This document shows, piece after piece, positions 27,988 to 37,600 of a stretch of 64,000 bases of DNA. Within the stretch, counting starts at the first letter, position 1. Every line of letters begins with the position of its first letter. The DNA is from an uncultured virus (IMG/VR IMGVR_UViG_3300025133_000082) (lineage: Duplodnaviria; Heunggongvirae; Uroviricota; Caudoviricetes), in the IMG/VR virus record IMGVR_UViG_3300025133_000082; one strand, written 5' to 3'. The notes beneath the pieces were generated by a model. That model ran no database searches and had not been told where the DNA came from. It saw only the letters and a program-made list of their open reading frames with translations. Position numbers and translations under genes: made by a program.

Positions 27988-29216
27988 TAGAAGGTCACTG
28001 ACCCAAAGTCGGACTCTTCGACTTCGTTAAATGTCATCGTTCCCATATCCCAATCACACTCTATCTCTGGGCGTTCGCCCTCTCTCTGCTTTAAGACCTT
28101 CAGCGTCATCCTCTTATTCAATCGCTGATCCTCGTCTTGGAATAACCCTAAGATCACATCCGCGTCTTTGGCGATGTCCCCATATGCAATATGACTCGCA
28201 TCTCCCTTAGAATTATCAGCCTGTCGGTTAAACTGAACCGTAGCCATAATTGGAACCTGAACACGCTTACTTAACTTTTTTAGATCCCTTGAGATGTTCC
28301 CGATCTTTAACCAATTATCTCGCGCTCTCTGGTCATCATCCATCAGGTACATACCATCGATGTAAACGATGTCAGGCTTATGACGCTCAATCTTCGCTGA
28401 GACATGACTCACCCCCCCACTCTCCTCACCTACAATGAATAATTCTCCCTTTCCCTTCATTGGGTTCTTAACCGCCTTACTCCACTCAGCCTCTTTAAAT
28501 GAATTTAGCGACCCTTTTCTCAAGTCTTGATATGAGAGGTCAAACTCTAATGCGTCAAAGCGTCTAGCGACTTGTCTCGAAGGCATCTCCTTTGTAAAGT
28601 ATAGAACTCTCAAACCCTCCTTCAGATTTCGATGCGCGAGGATGTTCGTCAACCATGTCTTTCCTACACCCTGACGAGCGACTACCAAGATGAACTCCCC
28701 ATCATGGAAACCTTGAGTAGCTTCATCTAAGGTGGGGAATGGGGTCGTATACCCATCAATACCTTTGTTCTGTTGGAGTTTTAAATACTCCGCGTATCTC
28801 TCTTCTGCGGTAGCGTTCCAATCAACATCGGCTTCTGATGCCGTTGAGTCCTCGATCTGCCTCACCGCTTCTCTTAATCGATCAACAGCCTCCTCCACGT
28901 TTTTCTCGTTTAGATGTCCGTAAGCCTCACTTACTGCGGTTACCGTCAAATTGAAAGCGTGTTTCCTCTTTAATTGCTCGATGTAATAACTGAGGGGTTC
29001 ATGTGGAGGGAAGTCCCATGTGTAATCTGGGAACTCTTGGTTTAAGGCATCAACACTTGGCCCAAGTCCATGCTTCTTAGAGTAGGACTGACAGAATGAC
29101 CACATTTTTGTGTAGACACCCTCAAAGAGGTCTTCGGTCACTGCGTTCTCATACGCTTTGGTGTAGAGATTTGGATCTCCAACGCATAGATCAATTATAC
29201 TTTTTTCAATGTTCAT
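27987..29216 (-). CDS. dnaB: replicative DnaB-like helicase
   Basis: ARQGVGKT, FTKEM, YIDGMYLM, ISRDLK.L, QFNR, DAD, KQREG. Confidence 0.93.
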   Translation of the reverse strand: MNIEKSIIDLCVGDPNLYTKAYENAVTEDLFEGVYTKMWSFCQSYSKKHGLGPSVDALNQEFPDYTWDFPPHEPLSYYIEQLKRKHAFNLTVTAVSEAYGHLNEKNVEEAVDRLREAVRQIEDSTASEADVDWNATAEERYAEYLKLQQNKGIDGYTTPFPTLDEATQGFHDGEFILVVARQGVGKTWLTNILAHRNLKEGLRVLYFTKEMPSRQVARRFDALEFDLSYQDLRKGSLNSFKEAEWSKAVKNPMKGKGELFIVGEESGGVSHVSAKIERHKPDIVYIDGMYLMDDDQRARDNWLKIGNISRDLKKLSKRVQVPIMATVQFNRQADNSKGDASHIAYGDIAKDADVILGLFQDEDQRLNKRMTLKVLKQREGERPEIECDWDMGTMTFNEVEESDFGSVTF

Positions 29217-29569
29217 TTTCTGTATTTCCTTGGAAGGGATGCTGTGTACTGAACAATATCGGTTGAAACAAGAGAAGTATCATCTACAACCATCTCAATA
29301 ACCCGCTGATCTGTTCTTAATGTCTCTCGACAATCATAAATAGTTTTAAATGTTAGATGGTCATAGTCCTTTAAGAGAGCGATAGGCTCTTGATCAATAT
29401 AGATAATTATGGGTTTTACCCTCTCAGATAAAGACCACAAAAACCCCTCTCTTATGACTTCATATCTCTTAGGCCCAATCAAAAGTTTTCTACCCACATA
29501 TTTAAGGACAACTTCTGAATGAACCCAGACTGAAGGAGAGAAGGTGTTTCCAATAGAACCTCTTAACAT
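29213..29569 (-). CDS. hypothetical protein
   Basis: Coupled ORF inside the replication operon. Confidence 0.7.
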   Translation of the reverse strand: MLRGSIGNTFSPSVWVHSEVVLKYVGRKLLIGPKRYEVIREGFLWSLSERVKPIIIYIDQEPIALLKDYDHLTFKTIYDCRETLRTDQRVIEMVVDDTSLVSTDIVQYTASLPRKYRK

Positions 29570-30192
29570 TAGAGAAGTGTCCTAGCCTTATCTTTAGAAG
29601 ACGCGAGTCTCCTGTCTTCACCCTTCATCTCCACCGCGACCATACACTCCATCGCTAATGATGCTGTAGAGTTCTTATAACGCTCCTTAAACGCGCTTGG
29701 AGAGAGGTTTGTAGTTATGAAGGTAGGTAGACACTCTCTACTCCTCTTGCGGAGCATATTCTCAAAACAGAGTTCAGCCCAACCACTTCCCTTCCCAGAG
29801 TATTCTTTACCTAGATCCTCTAAGAGTAGGAAGTCAACCTTCTCTACTCGTTGAGTGATCGAGTTATCTTCGTCAAACCTCGATCCGTCAATGTAGGAAA
29901 CCTTCAAGACATCGCTGAGAATACAGTAAGAAGAGTAGCCTCTCTTTGTGACCTCTTTTAAGAGCGCACAAGAAGCATGGGTCTTTCCAACACCATTAGC
30001 CCCATATAGAAAAATCCCCCAACCGCTGTCGTAATTGTTGGAGAGGTCTTTAACGTAATTCCTGAAGATGGTCTTGATCTGGGATTCTGGGAAGTCAGTC
30101 ATCTCTGCCCCCCAATATCTCTTACCAATGTTCATTCGCCTTAGCATATGCTGTGTCAATTCTGTGTTTTTAGGTGTCTTATGGTTCATCAA
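29569..30192 (-). CDS. DnaC/IstB-like helicase loader
   Basis: GIFLYGANGVGKTH, LLLEDLGKE, PTFITTN, G.DRR. Confidence 0.9.
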   Translation of the reverse strand: MMNHKTPKNTELTQHMLRRMNIGKRYWGAEMTDFPESQIKTIFRNYVKDLSNNYDSGWGIFLYGANGVGKTHASCALLKEVTKRGYSSYCILSDVLKVSYIDGSRFDEDNSITQRVEKVDFLLLEDLGKEYSGKGSGWAELCFENMLRKRSRECLPTFITTNLSPSAFKERYKNSTASLAMECMVAVEMKGEDRRLASSKDKARTLL

Positions 30193-30434
30193 TCACATCC
30201 ACATTTTGTCGTACGATATTATAAGATAACGCCAAAGCTCTCGCTTGTCTTGGCGCGGATAAACAGGAGTATTCATGTGAGACAATACGAGGTCTACCTC
30301 CAATAAACTCTTTGTCGTAAACAACAATCTTTGTTCTTTCTCCTTTCAGGTGAATCTCCATCATCCTAAAGTTTTTTAATACTTCAGGACTATAAGAACC
30401 CTTATGTCCGATATTTTCTTTGTCTAAATTCATC

Positions 30435-31328
30435 TTACCATCCAATCTCTTCGCCCTCTGGGCGAGAATCTTTCTCTGTGTCGTACTGTGAACCCCATGA
30501 AGGCTTATCTTCAATTTCACCGTCAATTATCATAGGGAATATACTGTTTCGGAACCCCCAAAATATGGGCATACTCGGATAACCATTAATCTTAAACTTA
30601 GAAGAGATCTTCTCCCAGTCTCGTATACAAGAGATTAAAACCTGCGCCACAATTTCTGGACTGTAAATGTTTATAAGCTCCTTAACGTGCTTTAGATCTC
30701 TACCAAAGAATCTTGGAGGTGGCGACTTCCACTTTTTCTGCCACTCCATTGCTACCACTAATTCCATGTCCTTAGAATTGTAATGAGTAGGCTCTTTATC
30801 TAAGAAACTCTGAAGCCTCTTCCAGTGAGAGGGAGAGGTTTGGACAGGTGTCCTCCCCTTAGACTTATCTTTGGCGAGTTTCATCGAAGCATCAATTAAA
30901 CCTTTAAGTCTAGAGACACCTTCAGGTGGCGCGGGAGTATCCTTTCCATCACACTCAAGTGAAACACTGCCCCCAGAATACCAATTCTGTGGTTCAGGTT
31001 CAGGATCAGCGATCCCCACTAAGCTCCGCACAGTAACCAATAATGGTGTGAAGTCATAGGTTTTGTCTCTCCCTGATAATTTAGGAATCAGATACCCTTT
31101 GTAACTTAATGACCTGAGATAGGTTCTAATCGTTTGTTCTGACTTACCCGTCTTCTCGGCAAAAAATCTTGTTGAGGGGAAGGGGTTTTTACCCATCCAA
31201 GAATAATCCATCAGGTGGATGATGAGCATAGCCTCTTCCATAGAGATGTTAAGACTAGAATACTTATCTAAGAGTATCCGACAGAAAGGCGCAAATCCTC
31301 TTTCATCGATCCCATGCCACCGAATCAT
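30435..31328 (-). CDS. putative replication initiator (winged HTH, DnaD-N-like)
   Basis: PFPS..FFAEKTGKSEQTIRTYLRSL..KGYL...YDFTPL; immediately upstream of the DnaC-like gene. Confidence 0.7.
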   Translation of the reverse strand: MIRWHGIDERGFAPFCRILLDKYSSLNISMEEAMLIIHLMDYSWMGKNPFPSTRFFAEKTGKSEQTIRTYLRSLSYKGYLIPKLSGRDKTYDFTPLLVTVRSLVGIADPEPEPQNWYSGGSVSLECDGKDTPAPPEGVSRLKGLIDASMKLAKDKSKGRTPVQTSPSHWKRLQSFLDKEPTHYNSKDMELVVAMEWQKKWKSPPPRFFGRDLKHVKELINIYSPEIVAQVLISCIRDWEKISSKFKINGYPSMPIFWGFRNSIFPMIIDGEIEDKPSWGSQYDTEKDSRPEGEEIGW

Positions 31329-31558
31329 ACTCTACTCTTTTCATCTTCAATCGGTTCATGGTGATCTGTTAAATCACAATCAAAAATCTCTTCCTCTCCT
31401 CTTAGTGATCTTGAGATCTTCAACAGGATTTTCTCATCCTCTAGGTCTGTCTCTGCATGGAGCATTATGGTTTCAATCACCATATCAGCGAGTTTTCTTG
31501 CAGGTCGATACCGCAAGTCGATTATAAATTTCTTCTGTTCAGCGTCTATCCTGATCAT
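31325..31558 (-). CDS. hypothetical protein
   Basis: Strong TAAGGAGG SD; TTTTTATTGACG promoter-like sequence upstream. Confidence 0.75.
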   Translation of the reverse strand: MIRIDAEQKKFIIDLRYRPARKLADMVIETIMLHAETDLEDEKILLKISRSLRGEEEIFDCDLTDHHEPIEDEKSRV

Positions 31559-31618
31559 GTGACCTCCTTAGTGGCTACTCACACAATTAGACCCTAAAAA
31601 CCAAAACGTCAATAAAAA

Positions 31619-31912
31619 TTATAGATGTTTTTTATAAACTCCCATTGTGATCCTTGAACCGATTAAAGAATCCTTTAGATCCCAGTCCCCCACTCTAGTG
31701 GGTATCCTCCCACCACCCATAAAATGAAGAACAACTGTCTTCTTACAACCTCTAAAACTTATGTCTTTCAATACTTTAACTGTTATAAGACTTACCTCCT
31801 CCCCAAGAAGAGAAGGATCATCACACATAAAAGAGTTTATACTTCTCGCCAAAAGATTTAGATAAGGTCTACGGTTAATGAGTGTCTTTTCAACAACTTT
31901 CATATCTACCAC
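31619..31912 (-). CDS. hypothetical protein
   Basis: AAGGAG SD with GTG start. Confidence 0.65.
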   Translation of the reverse strand: MVDMKVVEKTLINRRPYLNLLARSINSFMCDDPSLLGEEVSLITVKVLKDISFRGCKKTVVLHFMGGGRIPTRVGDWDLKDSLIGSRITMGVYKKHL

Positions 31913-31950
31913 CTCTCCTTAAGGGTTAAATATGTCTTTTCGACAACTTT

Positions 31951-32235
31951 TTAGCAATTCTGATCCTCAGAGGAGAAGATTAATTTCTCCAAAAGAGGTC
32001 TGTGATCCTCTTCTAAGACTAGACCCCACCTGTCAGGCGACCAAGGCACACACTCCTCACTATCAGAAAAGTAATCATAACCGTAGACATCCCCTGAGAG
32101 ACAACTTGGATTAAAATAGACCTCCTCATCCCCATAAAAGATCACAAGACCAAAATCTAAAAACTGGTCGGATACAGCAACTAAAGTGTACCCATCAAGG
32201 GAAGTAAAACTTCCTAGAGACTCTAACTGTTTCAT
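31951..32235 (-). CDS. acidic hypothetical protein
   Basis: GAGGAG SD with ATG start. Confidence 0.7.
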   Translation of the reverse strand: MKQLESLGSFTSLDGYTLVAVSDQFLDFGLVIFYGDEEVYFNPSCLSGDVYGYDYFSDSEECVPWSPDRWGLVLEEDHRPLLEKLIFSSEDQNC

Positions 32236-32326
32236 AATCTCTCCTCTTCTTTAAGAATATATATATTATATTATATATAAAAACGCGCACACGCGCACAC
32301 GCGCACGAGGAGAGTTCCTAGAAGAC

Positions 32327-32686
32327 TCAAGGTCTATAAAACAACCAACAGTATCTCTGCCTAGATTGAAGATACCCTTCAGTTTGATCAAAGAGATGAG
32401 CTTCTTGTTCAAAACAGATTCTTCGGTAAGCCTCTCGCCCAGATCTATACTTTATTAACCCAATTAGAAAGTCAACCAAGTAGATCAAGAGAAACCCAAC
32501 CACAAAAGTCTCCAAATACTGTTGGAAATGGATCGTCTCGTGGCGTTTTAGCCTTTCCCCGACCCTACCCCTAGAGAACACAATAAAGAACGCTGTAATC
32601 GCAGATATGTTGATCGGAGAAACCTTTGATAACCAAATAGGTATCTTCGAGTTCTCGATGAATATCGGTTTAAGGTTCCTTAGCAT
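32327..32686 (-). CDS. HExxH (zincin-like) membrane-associated protein
   Basis: RHETIHFQQ, hydrophobic segment, AYRRICFEQEA. Confidence 0.75.
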   Translation of the reverse strand: MLRNLKPIFIENSKIPIWLSKVSPINISAITAFFIVFSRGRVGERLKRHETIHFQQYLETFVVGFLLIYLVDFLIGLIKYRSGREAYRRICFEQEAHLFDQTEGYLQSRQRYCWLFYRP

Positions 32687-32949
32687 CCTCTAACTCCTTA
32701 ACCCTATGCTGTAACTTCCCGATCTCTAGGAGACATACTGCGATTAAGGACTCTAGGTCTATGTAACCTAATTCACCCTCAATCAAAGATTCAGTCTTTA
32801 CCAACCGATCTCCTCTTCGCGGGAATCCTTTATTATTTAGTATCTTATGTATACTTAAATCGTCTACAAGAACACGAGAAGCCTTTAAAAAAAGGTAAGT
32901 CTCTTTCTTTTATACGTTTATAACTATATGGGTTTTTTACTGTTTTCAA
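32670..32949 (-). pseudogene. frame-split ORF resembling a stand-alone tail-fibre intramolecular chaperone (S74-like)
   Basis: TTG overlaps the upstream stop; frames join if the T7 run at 32887-32893 is read as T6; C-terminus YIDLESLIAVCLLEIGKLQHRVKELE. Confidence 0.4.
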
Positions 32950-33287
32950 TGATTTCCCCCAAACCAAAAACAGCCATGAAGATCCCCGATACTCTTGGGA
33001 ACTACCGCCCCATTCTCGTCAAGAGCGCAGGGCCGTAAGACTCCCATTACGGGGCTGATAGAAGTCAAGGATATGTCTCCTGATCCATCCAACCCAATCC
33101 GCGTTGGTTCTGTCGAAGCGTATTGGAAGGGTAATTTAATTTGAACTTTCCCATGAATCATCAATGTTAAATCCTTCCCACCCTCAACGCTCTCTTCATG
33201 AACCACAACACTCGTGATCCCATTTGTTATGTAAATGTCGCCTACTTCGTTTGTTGACGCGGAGTCTACTCTTTCCATAATTCTCAT
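32946..33287 (-). CDS. hypothetical tail-associated protein
   Basis: Beta-rich 113 aa at the distal end of the tail-fibre operon. Confidence 0.6.
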   Translation of the reverse strand: MRIMERVDSASTNEVGDIYITNGITSVVVHEESVEGGKDLTLMIHGKVQIKLPFQYASTEPTRIGLDGSGDISLTSISPVMGVLRPCALDENGAVVPKSIGDLHGCFWFGGNH

Positions 33288-33300
33288 AATTAAACCCTCT

Positions 33301-33930
33301 CTATGTTAGTTTTAAAATCTCAGTTTCAGCACCCACGCAGGTGATACCGTAAAAAGATGAATTGTAGCCGTTATTTGTGGAGGAATAACTAGGGTGATTC
33401 TTCCCATGCATTATGCCTGCTGTATTTATACCGCTCCAATAGTCATCACTCGTAAGAACAAAATCTAGCCCCAGCGTCACATGAAAAAGCCCCCCTTGCT
33501 CGAAATTTGTGCATCTTGTTGTTGGAGCAAAAGCTATAGAGCTTGCCGAAGTGCTGGACGGGAGATCTGAGGTCACCGTAACACCGCTTATACCCGTAAA
33601 TGTAGGGTAAGATAAATGAGTCCAATATACGTCACTGCTCCTATAGTTTACTCTAAGCTTGACGCTATACGTTCCTGAGTCAAAATATCCATCTCCCACT
33701 CTCCCATAAATGTTGCTCTTTAGATCATTCCTCACCACAACCCACGCCAAAGGATCCACAGTCGTTCCGTAAGTAGGGTTTGGGTGTCTACGGTCACACC
33801 ACCCATCAGTCTGTACATAATCGAAACGATAAAAGCCATATGAAGAACTAGAGAAGTCAGGTTTGATCATGTGGAATCTGCCGAGATCACCACTTGTACT
33901 ACCGCCTCCGCTACTTTGTATATATGTCAT
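33301..33930 (-). CDS. putative fibre-tip/receptor-binding protein, paralog A
   Basis: S/T/G/Y-rich; first 25 aa identical to 33946..34623. Confidence 0.65.
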   Translation of the reverse strand: MTYIQSSGGGSTSGDLGRFHMIKPDFSSSSYGFYRFDYVQTDGWCDRRHPNPTYGTTVDPLAWVVVRNDLKSNIYGRVGDGYFDSGTYSVKLRVNYRSSDVYWTHLSYPTFTGISGVTVTSDLPSSTSASSIAFAPTTRCTNFEQGGLFHVTLGLDFVLTSDDYWSGINTAGIMHGKNHPSYSSTNNGYNSSFYGITCVGAETEILKLT

Positions 33931-33945
33931 AACTCTTCCCTTTCT

Positions 33946-34623
33946 CTAGGCTAGTTTAATAATTTTAGTTTCAGCACCCGAACAAATCAGCCCGTACATC
34001 CCCGAGGTTTTCATCGGATTGTTCGTTGCACTGTACGAGGCACTGTCTTTCCCATGCATCAAATCAGTGTAAATCCCTCTCCACGCCTTGTCGCTCTCGA
34101 ACACAAACTGCAGGGACAGAGATATGTGAAAAAGCCCCCCTTGCTCGAAGTAATCACAAACCGTTGTCGGAGCAAACGCGACCGCGCTATTAGCACTAGA
34201 GGTCGGGAGATCTGTTGAGAATGTCGTTCCGCTTTCTCTTGTTGTAAAGTTTGGATAAGTGAAGTGTGTATAGTCTACGGAGGATTTCTTATAATTGAAC
34301 CGTAAAAATACATTATAAGTACCTGCCTCAAAATAACCGTCCCGATAAGAGTTTGCAAAAGACGAACCGCTAGGCCAAGTGTAGGCCCCGCTTTTCAAAT
34401 CATTACGCGCCACATTCCAAGCAAGAGGATCTACAGATACATATCCAGCCGATGGGTTTGGGTGCTCACGTTCACACCAGCCATCGTTTGTGCTGTTTTG
34501 TGAGTTGGACATCCAGTAGTATTTATACCCGCTGTTATAACTCGTATAATCAGGTTTGATCATGTGGAATCTTCCGAGATCACCACTTGTACTACCGCCT
34601 CCGCTACTTTGTATATATGTCAT
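33946..34623 (-). CDS. putative fibre-tip/receptor-binding protein, paralog B
   Basis: Paralog of the adjacent gene, directly downstream of the long tail fibre. Confidence 0.65.
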   Translation of the reverse strand: MTYIQSSGGGSTSGDLGRFHMIKPDYTSYNSGYKYYWMSNSQNSTNDGWCEREHPNPSAGYVSVDPLAWNVARNDLKSGAYTWPSGSSFANSYRDGYFEAGTYNVFLRFNYKKSSVDYTHFTYPNFTTRESGTTFSTDLPTSSANSAVAFAPTTVCDYFEQGGLFHISLSLQFVFESDKAWRGIYTDLMHGKDSASYSATNNPMKTSGMYGLICSGAETKIIKLA

Positions 34624-34633
34624 AAGAGTCTCC

Positions 34634-37600
34634 TCAGATCACAAAATAATTAGACCCGTCACATACTACAGTGACAGAATCATATTGAGTAGATAGGACA
34701 AACGAAGAAGCTCCGTCAATCGTTCCTGATGCAGTGTCAATCGTCACCGCTCCAGCCCCTACGCTCTTGATGTTATATTTAAAACCACTCGCTGAAGCGG
34801 GATCAGGTAGAGTGATTGTCGAGGCACTCCCCGCATTTATCAAGTAGATCTCCTCATATATTGGCGCACCGCTCGGTGCGCTCAAGGCTGTAGTCCCTGT
34901 GAGTGAAGAGTTTAACTCTGATGAGTTAGGGATCGCCACATCTTCAAAAGCACCGTATCCCGTAGTCCCGCCCGTACTGTTCCATTGCAGAATACGCCCG
35001 TCAGTAATGTTTAGGTCGAACTCTGTAGCCGTTGCGGATTTCGTTAAGTCGAGAGGGAGAGGCTGATTCAGCCCGAAGTCACAATACCAAACTTCTTTAT
35101 GAGAAGAGGAAACCGTATTTTGCTCATTCTGAACACAAGTCAGTTCTAGCGTTGAGAGAGTCTGCAAGAAGATTTTCTCAGCACTGGAGCCTCCCTGCGT
35201 CAACCCATCAAAAATGTAACTCTGGTCTTGATTATTTCCAAGTCCTATTTGAACTGTACCTGTTCCACCCCCGCGCATAATCTTTATTCTATGCCCTAGT
35301 TTTGGATCCTCAGGCATTGAGATAGTGAGAGTTCCTGCGCTCCATGTTGACGGAATAAAGACTATGTCCCCCGCCTTGGGGAAATACCCCGTAGCAGTGT
35401 TATCGACAGTCACAACGTTCCACGCACCAATGTCTGATTTAACAGGGGTGACGGTGATTGCCGTTGTTCCTAAGGTAAATGAGGCGGGCCTAGTAACCAC
35501 ACACTCATAGCCTGACCATACATCGTTTTCGACATAGACCCGCGTTCCGTTTTTGATCTCTGCGTCAGAATCAAATGAAGATAAGCGAGTGAAGACAACT
35601 GAGGTTACGCCATAGACGGTTAGTGCGCTTGTTACTTCGTATAACCCACAGGCTTGAGGCTGGAGTGTCGAACTCAAATAGATCCCGCCTCCGAACAGAA
35701 TAGTGTCTCCCTGCGAAAGACTCGTCCCCGAACCGATCCCCAAGAAACCCACATTCCGTTGCCACCAAACATCATCGGTTGACGTGCTCTGACTCTGATG
35801 AGCAATAGAGATCGTTGTGTCCGTAATCGCGTTTGCTGTCACTGTTCCGAACGTAGCATAGTCAACGGTAAGGTGTTCAGCGGGTGCGCCTTCAGACCCA
35901 GTAGGCCCCGTAGGCCCCGTAGGCCCAGCAGGCCCCGTAGGCCCCGTAGGCCCCGTAGACCCCGTAGGCCCCGTAGACCCAGCAGGCCCCTCTAGAGAGC
36001 CTCCTGAAATCCACCCGCTCTGGTTGTAAGGGGATGTCCCGTCATACATTAGAAAAACGTTCTCATCTACTCCTGAGAACTGTGAGATGACGGCACTCCC
36101 CAACTGTGGAGTGAAGGTTCCCCCGCCAATAACAGAAAAAGGAGGACTACCACTAAATACGGAATCTGTACCGATCTCCCCTTCAAAAGTAATGCCTGCT
36201 CCATCAGTTCCTGCTGGGCCTACTAGCCCTTGTATACCTTGTGGACCTTGAGCACCATCAGTTCCATCGCCCCCTTGGGGGCCTGTGGGTCCTGCGGGTC
36301 CAACTGCCCCATCGGGGCCTATGGCTCCTTGTGGGCCTTGTACCCCTTGAGGTCCAACAGGCCCTTGTGATCCTTGTGGTCCCTGTATTGAACCTCCAGA
36401 GACAAAGCCATGTATTCCGCTAGTCGTTGTACCATCATGGATATGGAGAGAGTCATCAAGTTCTACTAGCCACGCATCGCCTATTGTGCCACCAGCCTCT
36501 AGATCATTGGTCGTTGGCTTTGTCCCTTTAAAGTTTATTCCTGTGCCTGCTACTCCTTGGATGCCTTGGACTCCTTGTGCTCCAGCATCACCTGATACAC
36601 CCTGTGTACCTTGGTCGCCTTGAGGTCCCTGTGCTCCTTGTGGCCCATCGGGACCTGTGGGACCTGTGCCTCCTGTATTTCCTGTTGGGCCTGTTGGTCC
36701 TATTGCGCCTTGTGGTCCTATTGCGCCTTGTGGGCCTTGTGGGCCTTGCGTCCCCTGATTTCCTTGAGGGCCAATTTCTCCCTGTACGCCTTGGTCGCCT
36801 GTTGGCCCTTGCCCTGAAGCAGGCATGATCAACTCTGTTAAGTTATTAGTGCCGAGACGTGTGTACGCTACTGTAGCGTCAAACACATTCCCCTTATTAA
36901 TGTAAGTCTTCGCATTCTCAGGGAAGTCGCTGTCTACGGTGACATAGATGCCGTACACATTGTCAGCCCTGCCTTGATTGGCAGAGGTACTCGTATTATC
37001 AATGATGAAGTGTGAGAAGGTGGCCTCAGACCGAATGTTGGTAGCTCCAGCAATGTAAATCTGCCCATATGCGTCTGCATTGCCTCCCCACGAGGTAAAC
37101 TCACTGAACGCGGTGTTGATTATGGTGTTGCCTTTGACAGTGAAGTCGGAGACGTGCCATCCCATGATACCCGAACCCCAAGTGTCTTGGATCCGATTAT
37201 TGAGAACCCGATTGTCACAGCCCCCTATAGAGACTATACCATGTTGTCCTGCTTCTACGATGAAGTTGCCCTCTATAACAAACCCTGTGCAACCCTCTTC
37301 TCCATCGTAGGATCCCGATGCTAAATAAATGCCGTTATCAAGCACATGATGTACCTCATTGTTGGCGATTACTCCGTTGGTGCAGTCTTGGACTCTTAGT
37401 CCTCTAAGGCAGTAACTTACGATGCACTCTCGGATTTCGAGAGGCCCGCACCCTTCAATCCTACATGCACCCCCGTTAGACGTATCAGTACCCGCGTATA
37501 TGGCGTTGCACTCAGCCTGCGTCTTACCGTTGTTGATATGGTGGTCTAAAATACCCTTAGATCCGCACTTTGTAAAGTGTACGTTTAAGCACTTAACAGA

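Noticed and set aside
30179..30526. ORF 30179..30526 as listed
   Set aside because: Its 5' part overlaps the initiator gene; a shorter gene from about 30433 is plausible but has no recognisable motif.
33301..34625. Diversity-generating retroelement or invertible shufflon
   Set aside because: No reverse transcriptase or invertase seen; repeats are direct, at the 5' ends, and differences are not adenine-specific.
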